A stretch of DNA of 64,000 bases from Octopus bimaculoides (taxonomy: Eukaryota), in contig NC_068982.1 in NCBI RefSeq assembly GCF_001194135.2, positions 128,913,852 through 128,977,851 of the forward strand. The letters are read 5' to 3'. The notes under the pieces were generated by a model that worked only from the letters and a program-made list of their open reading frames with translations, was not told where the DNA came from and ran no database searches. Position numbers and translations under genes: made by a program. Below are positions 13,717 to 27,852 of this stretch, in pieces; positions within the stretch are counted from its first letter, which is position 1, and each line of letters opens with the position of its first letter.

Positions 13717-14182
13717 GTATATATATATGTATATTATATATGTATGTATATATATATATGCATCTATATATGTATATATATATATATATATATATGCATA
13801 CATGCATACATACATATATATATATATANNNNNNNNNNNNNNNNNNNNNNNNNNNNNNNNNNNNNNNNNNNNNNNNNNNNNNNNNNNNNNNNNNNNNNNN
13901 NNNNNNNNNNNNNNNNNNNNNNNNNNNNNNNNNNNNNNNNNNNNNNNNNNNNNNNNNNNNNNNNNNNNNNNNNNNNNNNNNNNNNNNNNNNNNNNNNNNN
14001 NNNNNNNNNNNNNNNNNNNNNNNNNNNNNNNNNNNNNNNNNNNNNNNNNNNNNNNNNNNNNNNNNNNNNNNNNNNNNNNNNNNNNNNNNNNNNNNNNNNN
14101 NNNNNNNNNNNNNNNNNNNNNNNNNNNNNNNNNNNNNNNNNNNNNNNNNNNNNNNNTATATATATATGTATGTATGTATATA

Positions 14183-14229
<47 letters not shown>

Positions 14230-14289
14230 GTACGTATGTGTGTGTGTGTGTATGTGTATGTATATAAAATAAATGTATGTATCTACCAT

Positions 14290-15460
14290 CAGGTAGATTT
14301 GTAGGAAGAGGCAATGGCCAATGTAGTAGATGTAGAAAAGAAGGTGATATCTGTTTCTGAGTCAATAATTGTAGTTTGCTTGACAAGTGATTTTCTTTAA
14401 ACTAAATAAGTATTGTTTTAGATGTTATTTAGATGTTATTATGGTTCTGTGTATATCAGAGAACCGCTGTCCCATATATACAAGAACAGTTCTATAATAC
14501 AGGATTTGTTTGTCTGTTGTAAATCATCTTGAAATGCTCGTCTGAAATATTTTCTGGCTATGAAGAAGCAGCTTAGTTTTATGTAAGTAGATTTGGCCAT
14601 ATTAGGTATGTTAATTCACTATAAATCATGATATTAGAGAATGTAGAACCTAGAATTTTTAATGATTTAGTTGATTTAGCTGTATTGTTTATAAATATAA
14701 CGATTGTGTGTTACAAATCTTTATCTTTGATATGTATAGTGATCAAGTCACAGGTTGTTGAAAGAATCCTGTTTTTGAAATCATTGTTGATGGAAGCAAT
14801 GAACGTCTTGGATGAGCTTTCTAAATTAATTATGGATGAAATGTTTAGGAAAAGTGAAATGTAGTATCACCTGCAGAAAACTGTGATTCGTTATAAATAG
14901 CAAGTCATTAATGCACAGAAGGAAGAGTGTGGGAAAGAATCATAAACAAACCTTAGAGAACACCATTGTTAAAATTAATAGAATATGATCTGGACAGAGC
15001 TGGGTTAGCTTGAAATTTATGTGCATAGAAGATAACAATAGAAGGAAGTGAGTTGGGACAGATGGCAATAATAAAAGAAATGAGAGAGCAATAGAAATAA
15101 AAGAGTGATTTAGAGCAACAAGGAACAGAAACTTTGAGCAAGAGTGATCAGAAATAACCGACAATTGAAAGTGAAAGTGGATTTTATGTAAGAATGGACA
15201 TAACCTTTCAGAAGAAAATTTAAATATAAGGTGTAGCCTGGACAGCAAAGAGATGGGTTAAAAACATATTTGTTTCCAGAAAATAAATTTGATTTGCATG
15301 TTGATAGATTGTAGTGGGCTGGATAAAAGATAGGTGGAAGTTTGCCAGCTTAGGTGGTGAAGAGTAAATAGACAGTAGATACATTCTTGTAACTATAATA
15401 GACTTCATCATTGTTTTTGTTTTGTATTGAGTGTTTTGGTGAAGAAATAAAGTAAAACGT
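14290..15460 (-). mobile_element. Degenerate CR1/L2-like LINE RT fragment
   Basis: Minus strand gives NGVL*G...PTLFLLCINDL...F(A)GDTT around 14865..14975. Confidence 0.65.
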
Positions 15461-15593
15461 AGCATATTAGTTACTAATCACTGCACTCATCCTCTTTACA
15501 CACTCACAGTGGTGGTATAAAATACCTTCACAAGTTCCTAGCGTAGGAGTATGTACCTTGCAAAAAGACTCCCTGAATCATTAGAAATATAGT

Positions 15594-15912
15594 ACATATA
15601 TACTATATAGTACATATATATTATATAGTACATATATACTATATAATACATATATACTATATAGCACATATATAAACCTATATAGTACATATTTATTATA
15701 TAGTACATATATATTTTATAGTACATATATATACTATGTAATACATATATACTATATAATACATATATACTATATAGTACATATATAAACCTATATAGTA
15801 CAGATATAAACCTAGATAATACATATATAAACCTATATAGTACAGATATAAACCTAGATAGTACATATATAAACCTATATAGTACATATATACTATATAG
15901 TACATATATAAA
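15594..15912. repeat. About 18-bp AT-rich minisatellite (tatagtacatatatac/aaacc)
   Basis: Visible tandem units; translates as YYIVYM repeats. Confidence 0.85.
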
Positions 15913-18900
15913 CAGAGCTAATTTAGCTGTTTCTTTGGAGATTGAAAAAGTTATGAACAACCTTAATCGATTTTTGAAATCTGATTGGAGTCACATCAGA
16001 GGCTTCTACATCAATTTGACAAATATGTATATCATCATCATCATCGTCGATATATATGTACATACATTTTAAGTATACAAACAGATGTACAACTGCCACA
16101 GCTATTTTTTAGAATACCATATAGATTATTATATTCTAGTCTGCTTCCAATATAGTGTTTAAGTAACTGCTACATTTAGTAGCATTACTAGTTATGGAAT
16201 ACAGAACAAAAGTAGAATAAATTAAGACAAACACTCATAAACACAAATTTACATTATGAGTTCCATTGAACATTTCACCATCATGGCAAACCATGAGAAT
16301 TAGAATTGAAATCAAAAGCATAAGCCCTAAGCTGCTATTTTTGCACATGTCATTCACAAAGGTTTTTAAACAAAACATAAGGATAAGCATTTTCTTCAAA
16401 CTCTCATTTCATATTTCAAGCAATATTCAGAGTGGCTATTTTAAAAGGAAAGCAGGCTTGGTTTACCAGCTGATGATTAGAAACAAGCTACTCTGAGTAC
16501 TTTCAATTAAATGGTATTAAAGAATACTCTGCATTAGTACTGAGTCCTGTTATTTATCACTTCTGGTGAATCAACAGAGACTTATAAGTTTGTGTGTATG
16601 TTTAAGTGCATGTGCATGTGTGTGTATATATATAGGAATGAGATGGTGTACTGAACAACCAACTGAGAATTTAGTGGTTTGTGTTCTTTCACCAGTACTA
16701 TATGTCCATGATTAAAACATAATGAAAGAGGTGATTATGATGGATAACAATGAAATCAATGATAAATGAAGATAAATATAAATGAGAATGATATTTTAAA
16801 ACAATTACACAATATCAGCAAACCCCAGCTGTTGTGATCTGCTGCAATTTTGTAATTCTTAAATGAAATTGATTCAGCACTGAAATGTTGTGAGTTGAGT
16901 CATATGAATTAAATGAACTGTAAGTAATTTTAGTAAAATACTAGTAAGGGAAAGATTTAGTATATTCCGTTTTATGTTTTGAAATCTTAGAGGAAAATGA
17001 GGAAGAAATGTGTTAATTTGTTTATTACATTGATAAAATTTGTGTTTAATTTACTTACATTCTGTAAATCATACCATATGCAGTTTACCTACCTTACGTT
17101 GTTTTTTAGCTATATTTCAGCAATTTCATCCATAGAAATTTTCTCCAGTTACAAAAACAATTCTTAAAACCACCACATTATACAGTAATTTACATTATGC
17201 TTATAAACAGCATTTGATTCTAATAGTTTTCAAATAAAATGTACAATTATTTTGATAGGGAATTTAGTCAATATTTATAACCTTAGTTTATCTAAAAATT
17301 TAAGAATATTTGGCTGATATACTTAATAACTAACTAATATTCTTTTAACTTATTTCATAATCATGATATAAATTTTATAGTCATTGATTATTTTTGCTAT
17401 TTTATCCAGTAACTAGCTTAACTCCATGCTTTGTGCATGTTTTAATAGAAAATGTAAATTAGATGTATATATTTAAAGTATACAGATGCTTACAAGTATA
17501 CTTAGATAATGATGAAACATTTACGTTTCATATAGTGTGAATTATTTTCAATACAAGAATAATAGCAACATATTCATTTTAACATAATGTTTAAAAAAGA
17601 TGAATCTTTAAGCTTAATCAATTAAAATTCTGGATCCGTAAAGATAAAATTATTTTCTTCTAAAGGAAAGCTACTTATTCTTTCAAATGACACTTAAACT
17701 TCCAAACAGCTCAAGAAGTAGCACATAAATAAATAAATAAATAATGTCTACGAGAAATGTATGATCCACACATTTAGAGATGAACATTTTTCTATATATA
17801 TCCAAAAACAATTACAAATAATATATACAAACAGAAGAATATTTCATTGCATGTTTGGAAAAAGTGCAATACTTCACAAGTATTATCATATCTAGGTAAA
17901 GTAAATGTGATCGATTCTACAGAATAGCTGTTGCAGAAAGGAGAGCAATAGTGATATAAAAATATTTCATATGAAAAATTTTACATCATCATCATTATTT
18001 TGATGTCCATTTTTCCATTCTTGCATGGGTCAGATGGTATTTGCTGGGGAAGAATTTCTACAGCCCTTCCTGCTGTTAACCCTTAACTTTTTCCCAAACA
18101 AGGTAATATTTCTCTAAGGTCAAACATCTTCATGGAAGATTGCAAATGAAGGACATTACTTGTATCACAGTGACACAACTATCACACAATGTCAATAAAA
18201 GGAGACATTGCGAAAATTCCACATAATATTCTTGTAGTGTAGACAACATGTGCAGTTTAAGGTCCATACAATGCTTGTTTGTGTTAGAACTAAGGCAGCT
18301 CAAAAGATTTTATCGTTCATTTTAATATAAAATAAATTTCTGTAAATTTAATGCATCTAAATATCGATAAGAAATAGCCTCGGATCATAGATCATATTCT
18401 TTTTTTTTTTATTTCATAATTCTTTTGTATCATAAATCAAAGCGTAGAGATTATTTTAATTGAATCATTAAAATTGATAGATTGTTCAATCAGAAATAAA
18501 TAAAATTAAATGTGGTGATTTTAAAGAACTGTAATCAATATATATATATATGTGTGTATANNNNNNNNNNNNNNNNNNNNNNNNNNNNNNNNNNNNNNNN
18601 NNNNNNNNNNNNNNNNNNNNNNNNNNNNNNNNNNNNNNNNNNNNNNNNNNNNNNNNNNNNNNNNNNNNNNNNNNNNNNNNNNNNNNNNNNNNNNNNNNNN
18701 NNNNNNNNNNNNNNNNNNNNNNNNNNNNNNNNNNNNNNNNNNNNNNNNNNNNNNNNNNNNNNNNNNNNNNNNNNNNNNNNNNNNNNNNNNNNNTTTTTTT
18801 TTTCTTTCTTTTTTGTATTTTTCATGTTGAGAAACAAAATATCATTCATTCAATTGAAACCTAAAACAGTTGTGTAAAGAATAACCATTTTTAAAAAGTA

Positions 18901-19453
18901 AAAATAGCATAGCTGTCTATAACCTAAATAATATCAAATAAACAGGTCATCACATACATTTCTTTTATTGGAGCAAAATAAAGTAATCTTCCACACTCTC
19001 ACAGAAAACATGACAGAAACTAGTAAAAATATTCCCCACCCCTGGGTAGTGTTCCATCAGCTAATATAATAAGCCATTCAGAAGTTGTTTTGCATCTTCC
19101 TGCAAAGGCACTTTCCTCAATTTACAAAACTGATTGATACTATATATATCATCATCCTCATCATCATTGTCATTATTGTTTAACATGTGCACATGTATGT
19201 ATGTATGTATGTAATCTTGTCTGCTGGCATGTATGAAATTACATTTTCTTTCTCTAGTTAAATATGGTGTTATAATCTAAAGAAAACTTGGCTATTATAT
19301 CTAACAGGCTGTGCACCCACATATAAGTTTTCCTCATTGACTTGAGACAAGCTTTGTTGTTGCTGCATATATCCTGATCCGTCATAGTCAAGCAAAACCG
19401 TTAGAAAGATGAAAGACGTCCAAGTTTTGAAATTCCCAGCATTTGTGTGTGTG

Positions 19454-19503
<50 letters not shown>

Positions 19504-20369
19504 ATATAGCCTATAAGATTGTATGATTGATCTGTGAGGCTTCTGGCAGCTCTCTTCAGCAGATTAAGTCACCACGAATCAGCTACTTGTTCAACAAACT
19601 TGCAACTAATGGTGTTATTCTCACCCACTTCCTCTTCCATCTTCCTGGTTCATCTTTTTCTACCTTATTCTTCTACTTTTTCTCCTTCCCTTTGTCATAC
19701 ACTGTTCATTTCATATCCTCAAAACAGGTGAATGAACTTATAGGTTAGTTATTTATTCTCTTTTGCTCTAAAGGTGATGAGTTTTGTCTGACTTAGAAAC
19801 AATGGTAGACGGGAAGACAATTCAAGTCATTCACAGACACAATCACACATACACACATATATATAATCTGAGAAATAATAATCTTGTTTTAATAAGAGAT
19901 ATAAATGTGTGTGTGTGTGTGTTCACCTTCTCTAAAAACAAGGGAAGTTTAACAAACACCTGGTGACAAATGAAACAATTTTGATTGACAAGGGGAAATA
20001 ATAAAGAAATCTCCAGAAATGATATGACACTCAAGAAAAAAACAGCATTTATTCTGGAGACAAGTGGACAAATATGGTCATATGTTGCTGCTTCAATAAC
20101 ATGTGTCCACAGTTATCCACTTGTCTCAAGAAAGTAATCAAACACTACTTTCCTTTATGGCATGTCAAGTGCAGTGAATCCTTGATATTATCTCCCCTTA
20201 TCATTCATATTTGGTAGCATATGCCATGAGGTACATGATTAGCTTCCCTTAAGAAGAAGAAAATTTCAATGAATGAAGAAAATTCATCTTGAATGATATT
20301 TCTAGTGAAAATTCATGACACTGCCCCTGCATGTATATACGTATGTGTTTGCATATATGTGAGTATGTA

Positions 20370-20407
<38 letters not shown>

Positions 20408-21559
20408 NNNNNNNNNNTGTATATATATATTATCATAGTGGGGTAGGCTGGTTTTTACACAAACACACACAATGCAAACATGTTTTTTTCTTGAATACAA
20501 GTTGTAAAACTTCCAATGCAGTATGACTTGGTAGCATAATTTTTTGAACTATCTGTACATACATATTTATAAATACATACACATACACACACTCATATTC
20601 ACATACATAATTCCCATTTATGCATGTATACACATACACATACATATATACATACTTATAGATATATAAACAGATACACATATACATACACACACATACA
20701 ATCACACACAATGGAATGACCTGTTATGTAAAAGTATCTTGATATATTTAAACATACCTTTAAGTAAGTTTAAAATATCTGAAGAATCTATAGATGACAA
20801 CAATTATTCAATACAAAACTGTTTTGGTTTTCCATTTCATTCTTTAAAGAAGTGCAGCTTCTCTAACTACAATTCTTGTCATTCTTTTTTTTTCTTTCTT
20901 TTTTTTTTCTTTTCAAATCAGACCATTTCACATTTTATGAAGGCAATATTGAGAAAGAAAAAAAATAATTAAAGTGGCATAGCAATATCTATAACATTAA
21001 TGTTAATATATGGCAGTCAACTATATTTGAGGTGAGTTAATGTAAATTCCATTTTATAGACTTATGTTTAAAATAGGAAGTATTAATATTAATTTTTTGC
21101 AGTGTTTTGTTTCCTTTCCTCTTTTGTTGGTATTAAAACTAAAGTCTTCAATTGTTTTCATATAACAATTCTCTATTTATTATATTGGAATGTCAAGAGA
21201 TTGTAGATAAATTACTGAAATTTCAATATATTGTAGATAAAATAAACAATTTGTGTATACAAAATAAAATCTTTGAAATATGTCTATTCTCATAGCAGTA
21301 TGTTCCTTTTAGTATCACTAAAATTAGCAGAGTAGTGGCGACGTTACAAAATGTTATGCCATGAACTGGAGTTTTATAAGGTTTAACTCCTTCTCGGTCC
21401 TGATTGAGCAGACTTATAATGAAGGATATTATTTAATGTCTTCTTTTTCTAAGACAGTCAAGTATGACTGAAAGAAGATTTGGTTGCTATTTCATTGGAT
21501 TGTGAAAAGGTTCAATGTGATGGATATTAAGAAGGAGGGCTAATAGATCAAAGAGGGTT

Positions 21560-22560
21560 TTCTTTTCTGCAGAGAATGAAAATTTGTTCAAGGTTATAAA
21601 ATTTATCAACCTACCCACTGTAAAAATTCGAGTTTTCTTGATATGATGGAAATATCTTTAATGCAAGATATTTTTCTGGATAAGCATCTTGATTGAGATA
21701 CTTTAAATTATAAGATCTCAAAGTTGGGACAATTACTTGTGCTTGCAATCACTAACAATTACTAGTCCTTGCATTTTGTTTCGTTGAAAAGTAGTCAGGT
21801 CTCATTTGGAAAATAAAAAGGATCTCATTAATAGACAAATGGGATATTTGCAGATATCAGTAGTGGGAAAGGAATGGAACAGATAGAATAAGGAAAGTTC
21901 TGTGGATGTGATTTGCAAAATTATGCAAGGAGCTCTGATCACCAGGAAAAACTAACAATAATGGAAATGACAGTCTGGTGCAATGAGGAGAGGAAACAAA
22001 GCACTCTCATAATATCAGAAGCAACAAGAATGCTTCACATCCAATCCAGCAACTGAAATCTAGATAATACTCATATGAGAAAAGTCTTGGCCAACACATA
22101 TACATTACTTTATTCAGTCAAAAGGTCTAGTAATACCGAATGCTACAATATTGAAAGCAATGGTTTAATAAGTCCAATGCTGCTGGTAGATTTACTAATG
22201 GCTGCTATGGGAAGGAAGTGACAAACTATAATTACTCCCATAATTAAAAATATTTTCCAAATTTATAGTTTTATTAATATCTCATAAATTTGCAAATGTT
22301 TGAGACAAAGACCATAGTGTGGTCAGAATATCTGTACTTTTCTCCGAGATGTCATGTAAATTACTCATAAAGCTGGTAATCGAATGTTATACCAACTCAG
22401 CAATTCCAAAAGGAATAATCTTTGGATAAACTCTGGCATTTAAATAGGGATTAAGGATCTGGCATTTACAAAGAGATTGAAGATTTGTTCCCAGAAGAGA
22501 TAGGTCTAATGTGGCAGAGGAAAAATGCATTGGAAATTATTTCTTTTAATTTTTACTTGT
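21560..22560 (-). mobile_element. Highly degenerate CR1-like RT remnant
   Basis: Minus strand AFGITRPFD* at about 22110..22145 resembles ALDISKAFD. Confidence 0.4.
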
Positions 22561-25500
22561 TTCACAGGATTTCAGTCATGCTGGAGCACTTCCTTGAAGG
22601 GTTTAGTTGAACAAATTGACCTTACTACTTATTCTATTTAAGTCTGATACTTATTTCATTAGCCTCTTTTGTCGATTGATTCTTTAACAATAAAGTTGAA
22701 GGCAAAATAAGCAGAAAGAGAAAAGGAAGATTGGATAAAGTAGTTTGTTTTTGAAAAGAAAGTAGGGGAAAATAAAAAATGTTTACTCTCAGGAGTATCC
22801 TGAGATATACTGTAACTAATCTTCAAATATTTAAAAGTTATTTCCATTTTTGAGGATAAAATTGATATCTAAAACATACAGAGAAAGAAATTAGGATATG
22901 TGAAGATACAATGAGACTAATAATTATAATAATTGCTATAAGTAATTAAATAGAAGATTGCCATAATTCTACATATCTACAAAGGCAAGCAGGCGATTTT
23001 CTCAGGTGAATTGTCAAGCAAATGCAATGCAGTGCAAACAGCCAGCAATTGTGCAAACATAAAGCACTACTATGAGAGATATACATTGCTAATATAAAAT
23101 CTACAGAAGTGAATGTCATGTTAAATTAGTGTGTGCCATGTTAATTTGCAAAACTATTATTAATTAACATGATGTAAGATATTAAATACATAAATACTAA
23201 TCGAATGATAATGATCATTAGTTTATGGTAATGTTAAACTAAAAAGAAATCTATACATAGACATGCATAGAGTGTTGATAGTAGGTGAAAGAACACAATA
23301 TGACTTTAGAAGTACACTGACATTGACAAATATACAAAAACAACAGCTGATACAGAACAACTCATCTCATAAGAAATAGGAAAGTGTAAGAAAAAGGTAA
23401 TGAAATAGCCGTAAAATATGTTAAATATATAGAGAAGTAAAAAACATTTTTACCTGAACGGTTTTAGAAGTAGGGTTATAAATACATCAAATAGACTTCT
23501 TTCTACTTGAAAGGAAGCACTGAAATAGTTTTCTTTTGTTATAAATCTATGAGTAATTGTATGTTTTCCTTCATTTATGAAATAACTATAGTATGCTCAT
23601 GTCACATTTGTCACATTTCTTGATAAACTATCAATAGAAATCAAGTCTATTTAAGCAACTTGTTTTCTTTTAAAAAGATATTGATATTATCCTGAATAGT
23701 TAACAGAGACAAATTCACAATATGAAGAATACAAAAGGCAAAGTGACAATCACTGAAAGCTGGGCTGAAGAAAGAAATATTACATCATTTTCAGCCACAA
23801 ATAAAAATAAATGTGATTATAACTTTGTATAGTAGATACTTATAATAAACACAAAGCATAGTCAACAGTAGGAATTATCAAAACAATAGAAGCAGGTACA
23901 GGACTAAATTCTAGTGTTTACAAAAATGCATGCACTAATCACATGCAATTATATATGTAATCAATATGATTAAGAGGACTATAGGGAGATGAAAACACAC
24001 AATGGACATTTTTAAGTGCTCATGCATGCAAAGTAAATTAAAAAGCAGGTGAACTAAAGAATGACAGTGTAATCCAATTATGACATGCCAGGTCATATTT
24101 GAAACTATGAAAAATATTGATCAAAAATTAACTTGTTTCTTAAAATTAACCCTATATTTGAAAGGCAGCTAAAAATTAAAGAGGCAATCCTTCCTTTATT
24201 AAAGTTTCTTATATATATACATATATATTGCACAAGAGAAGAATTGTTATTATTATAATTTCCTATAAGCTATTAGAGTTATTGAATCGATCATTAGAGT
24301 GCTATGGTTATATTATGGTTATAATACTGTTGAATTGAACATAACACTAACAATCAGAAAAATACATTTGTTTTTGAATATCCTTTGTTTTTTCCTGTTC
24401 ATTGCTTAATAGAGAACAGAATAATAAAGTGATGTCTGAAATATATTTGATAAACTCAACAAATTGACATAATTACTTCAGAAAAACTAAGTGCAAAAAA
24501 GTTTAAGGAAACTAATATTGCAGTTTGGTTTTAATAAGCAACATTCAAGAAAAAAAATATTAACAAAAAAAGCTTTTAAACTAGCATATTCTACTGCTTC
24601 AAGAAAACCATGCCCTTTGCCTTCCAATCATTGGTTACTGCACCACTCAATTACTTCAATACAGAAAAAAAGCAGAAGTTATAAATCCAATTCATTTATT
24701 CCAATTTTCTCTAACGAACTGTACAATTGCTACTGCATGTTTCTGATTATATTTACAAAATCTGACTTACATACAGAGCACCAATTAAGACAGAATGAAA
24801 CTAAGAATCAAAAATTTCATTATGTTATGTTTTACTGTCATTGTAATCAGATCACCTGCTTTTAATTACCTCAGTTATAACCCCAGTAGTTTAATTAAAA
24901 AATACATTTCATTTGACTGATGTAAGCAAAAATAAAAAAAAAAAACAATTATTACAATTAGCATTTGCTACATTTAAAAACAGTAACATTAAATATTTAC
25001 TGTGTTTCTTGAAAGAAATAATTTTAAAATAAAATATAATAAACAGAAATTTTGATAAAAAAAAAAATTAAATTTAAGCATAATCTAAAATACTACAAAG
25101 TTGTAATATATAATATTAAACTTTACATCAGCATTTGAATAATAAGTCCAACAATAAGGTAAAAGTACCACTATGGTTATATGCACAATTACCAGGCCAG
25201 CCTGTAACCTCTGATAAATATAGGCAAAGAATAAGTAATGCAAATAAAAATAAGAAGCTTCCTTTTTTTTTTTTCCCCAAACAAAAAATATAGACAAGGA
25301 AAATAAGATTTAGAATAAGTGTAAGAATGTTTTCTTAAGAAAAGAAATATTAAATATAAAGGCAATCCCATTGATAATGTATGTGTTAAACTTCTGACTA
25401 CTTCCGAAAATCCTTGTAACTTAGTAATAGGAATCATCAATTAACCAAATCTTTTGGAGATAGATTTAATGTCAGGGTTAATAAACTATCATTGTTTTCA

Positions 25501-25699
25501 ACTGAAGCAAAGTAGCCATCAGTGTCCGAAAGATAGAGGGTCTAATGCATTTGTTGTTGCAAACAATGTAAATGTAATTTATGTAAAAGCTGAATTTTAA
25601 CTTTAGGCAGTCACTGAAATATATATTTAATAAAATGATTTAAACATAAAATATATTTTAAGCAAAACATCACACTAATATATGCCCTGATATTATACA

Positions 25700-25707
25700 C
25701 AACATAT

Positions 25708-25744
<37 letters not shown>

Positions 25745-25804
25745 TGTATATATGTGATTATGCACATGCATATGTATGCAGATATATGTGTTTGTGTGTG
25801 TGTG

Positions 25805-25841
<37 letters not shown>

Positions 25842-25890
25842 TCACATATATGGTATGCCTGTTTGTAATATGTATGAGATAACTTGTAAT

Positions 25891-25959
<69 letters not shown>

Positions 25960-26140
25960 TTACACATGTGTATATATATGCCTATATGTATTACACGTAC
26001 ATATATATACTATATATTGTATATAAATATTATATATAATATATATATAGTTTATATATATACATATACACACATAAATATATACACACATATACACACC
26101 CACACAAACACACATGCACACGCACACACACACACACACA
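25700..26140. repeat. Compound (TA)n/(CA)n microsatellite block; similar blocks at about 5930..6040, 12200..14270, 27770..27890 and 40830..40940 (ATT/ACT)
   Basis: Directly visible simple repeats. Confidence 0.95.
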
Positions 26141-26391
26141 CACCACCCTTCCACAATATCCTCATTTGTTTAAAATTTGTTTTCTACCTAGTAATTATTT
26201 TACTGACTGGGGTGATAACTGCTCACAATCTATTTTGAAAATAAAAAAAAATAAAAAATTGCAAATAAAAATAAAAATATTGTTAGCCCAATTATATTTT
26301 AACATTATTCCATGCATATCATTTTGGGAGTTTAGGCGGCAATCAGCACAGCATGTAACCAGTAGACTTTGAGAGTTTCTTTGCACTTTCA

Positions 26392-26678
26392 TTATGACTG
26401 CCATAGACAACAGAAAAAACAGCACCAAAAACAGCAACCAAAACTTAAGAGCCACGCCATGAATCGTATGAACATCATAACCATAATCATGGCCAAGAGG
26501 AAGGTCTGCATGCTGGCATCCCCAACATTTGTGGGTTCCCCACCTTCTGATGGAGCTGCTTCAGTTGTTTCTTTCTTGGTTGTTGACTCAGTTACTGTTT
26601 CTACTTTCTGTTCCGTGATTATTGTAGTTGTTTCAGTTCTTTCAAGCAATGGCTTCACTTCTGCCACGGGGAGTGGTT
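26392..26678 (-). CDS. Titin-like terminal exon O: T/E-rich linker, hydrophobic segment and Cys cluster, stop TAA
   Basis: Long pyrimidine tract plus tacag|AA CCA CTC; phase 1; 2+95 codons to TAA at 26394..26392; no further Ig-like exon seen downstream. Confidence 0.8.
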
Positions 26679-26935
26679 CTGTAAAGGAAAGAAAAGCAAA
26701 AAAAAAAAATGCAAAGAAATTATTTTGTGAAAAATAGTGTTAAAAAACCTAAAACTATATATTTGTTTTAGGCACAGGTATGACTGTGTGATTAAGAAGC
26801 TTGCTTCCCCAATCTTGTATACTTGAATTCAGTCTCATTGTGCAGCACTTAGGACAAGTGTCTTCTGCTATAACCTTGGGCCCATCAAAGCCTTGTAAAT
26901 GGAAATGGAAAAGAAGCCTGTCATGCATGTGTGTG

Positions 26936-26979
<44 letters not shown>

Positions 26980-26983
<4 letters not shown>

Positions 26984-27400
26984 TGATCATCCTGAGAAAC
27001 TCCATTTTAATTCCTTCCAACATCACAATAAGTGCTTTATCATTTGTATGATGTGGAAAATATTCCAACAACACTGCCCAAATGATGTTAGCATCCATTT
27101 TAAAATTCACCCAAGGCTTGGTCCCCATGTTATTCGTTCTCTACAAAAGTCATGCTCATGTCACATCACAACACTAAGACAGAATTATTTCACCTCAGTG
27201 GGCCCTGCTCTCTTTAACATCATCCCAAAACACATAAGAAAAGAAAAGCATCCCCTAATATTTAAACAGTTCCTGGACAAATATTGCCAATGAATTCCAG
27301 ATAAACCACCAACTCTTGGATATATCTCTGCAAACAATAACTCTCTAACTGAATGGGCTATGGTTCCAAAAGAATGACTGATATGAAACATCTTTAAATT
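26980..27400 (+). mobile_element. CR1/L2-group LINE ORF2 C-terminus
   Basis: MWKIFQQHCPND...PRLGP...VGPALFNIIPKHIR...FKQFLDK pattern. Confidence 0.65.
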
Positions 27401-27768
27401 TTTCAAGGTTAGACATAGCCTGGGCCAATGCTGGCCAAAACTTATCTATGTATAAATATTTGTGTATATGTGTGTGCATGATGTGTTATGCATATACTTG
27501 TCTAAACACCACATGATGTTTTAAATGGGCATAATCAGTTTCCAGTCTTCTGTGTAAAACTTGTCAAGCTATGGGAAAATAACATCTTGCCTGGAAACAG
27601 TGAAGATTGGCAACAGAAAGGGTATCTTGCCATAGAAAATTTGCCTCAACAAATTCCATCTGTGTCATACAAGCATGGAAAAGTGGATGTTAACTGATGA
27701 TATATATATAAGATTTTGTCTCTAAAAAATTTATGATGTCCTACATATATAGAACACATCTACATTTT

Positions 27769-27852
<84 letters not shown>

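Noticed and set aside
12161-14386. Long ORFs full of X and YI/CV/HT runs (also at 18512, 25670, 31692 and elsewhere)
   Set aside because: Artefacts of N gaps and (TA)n/(CA)n microsatellites.
26392-26515. KASH domain (nesprin-like) interpretation of the tail
   Set aside because: There is no ~30-aa lumenal peptide ending in PPPX; only 14 residues follow the hydrophobic stretch, and they are Cys/aromatic.
26538-26544. Internal phase-1 donor GAA G|gtgggg that would remove the TM tail
   Set aside because: Poor match compared with the gene's other donors (gtaa/gtga/gtta/gtat), and I found no downstream acceptor exon; not excluded without RNA data.
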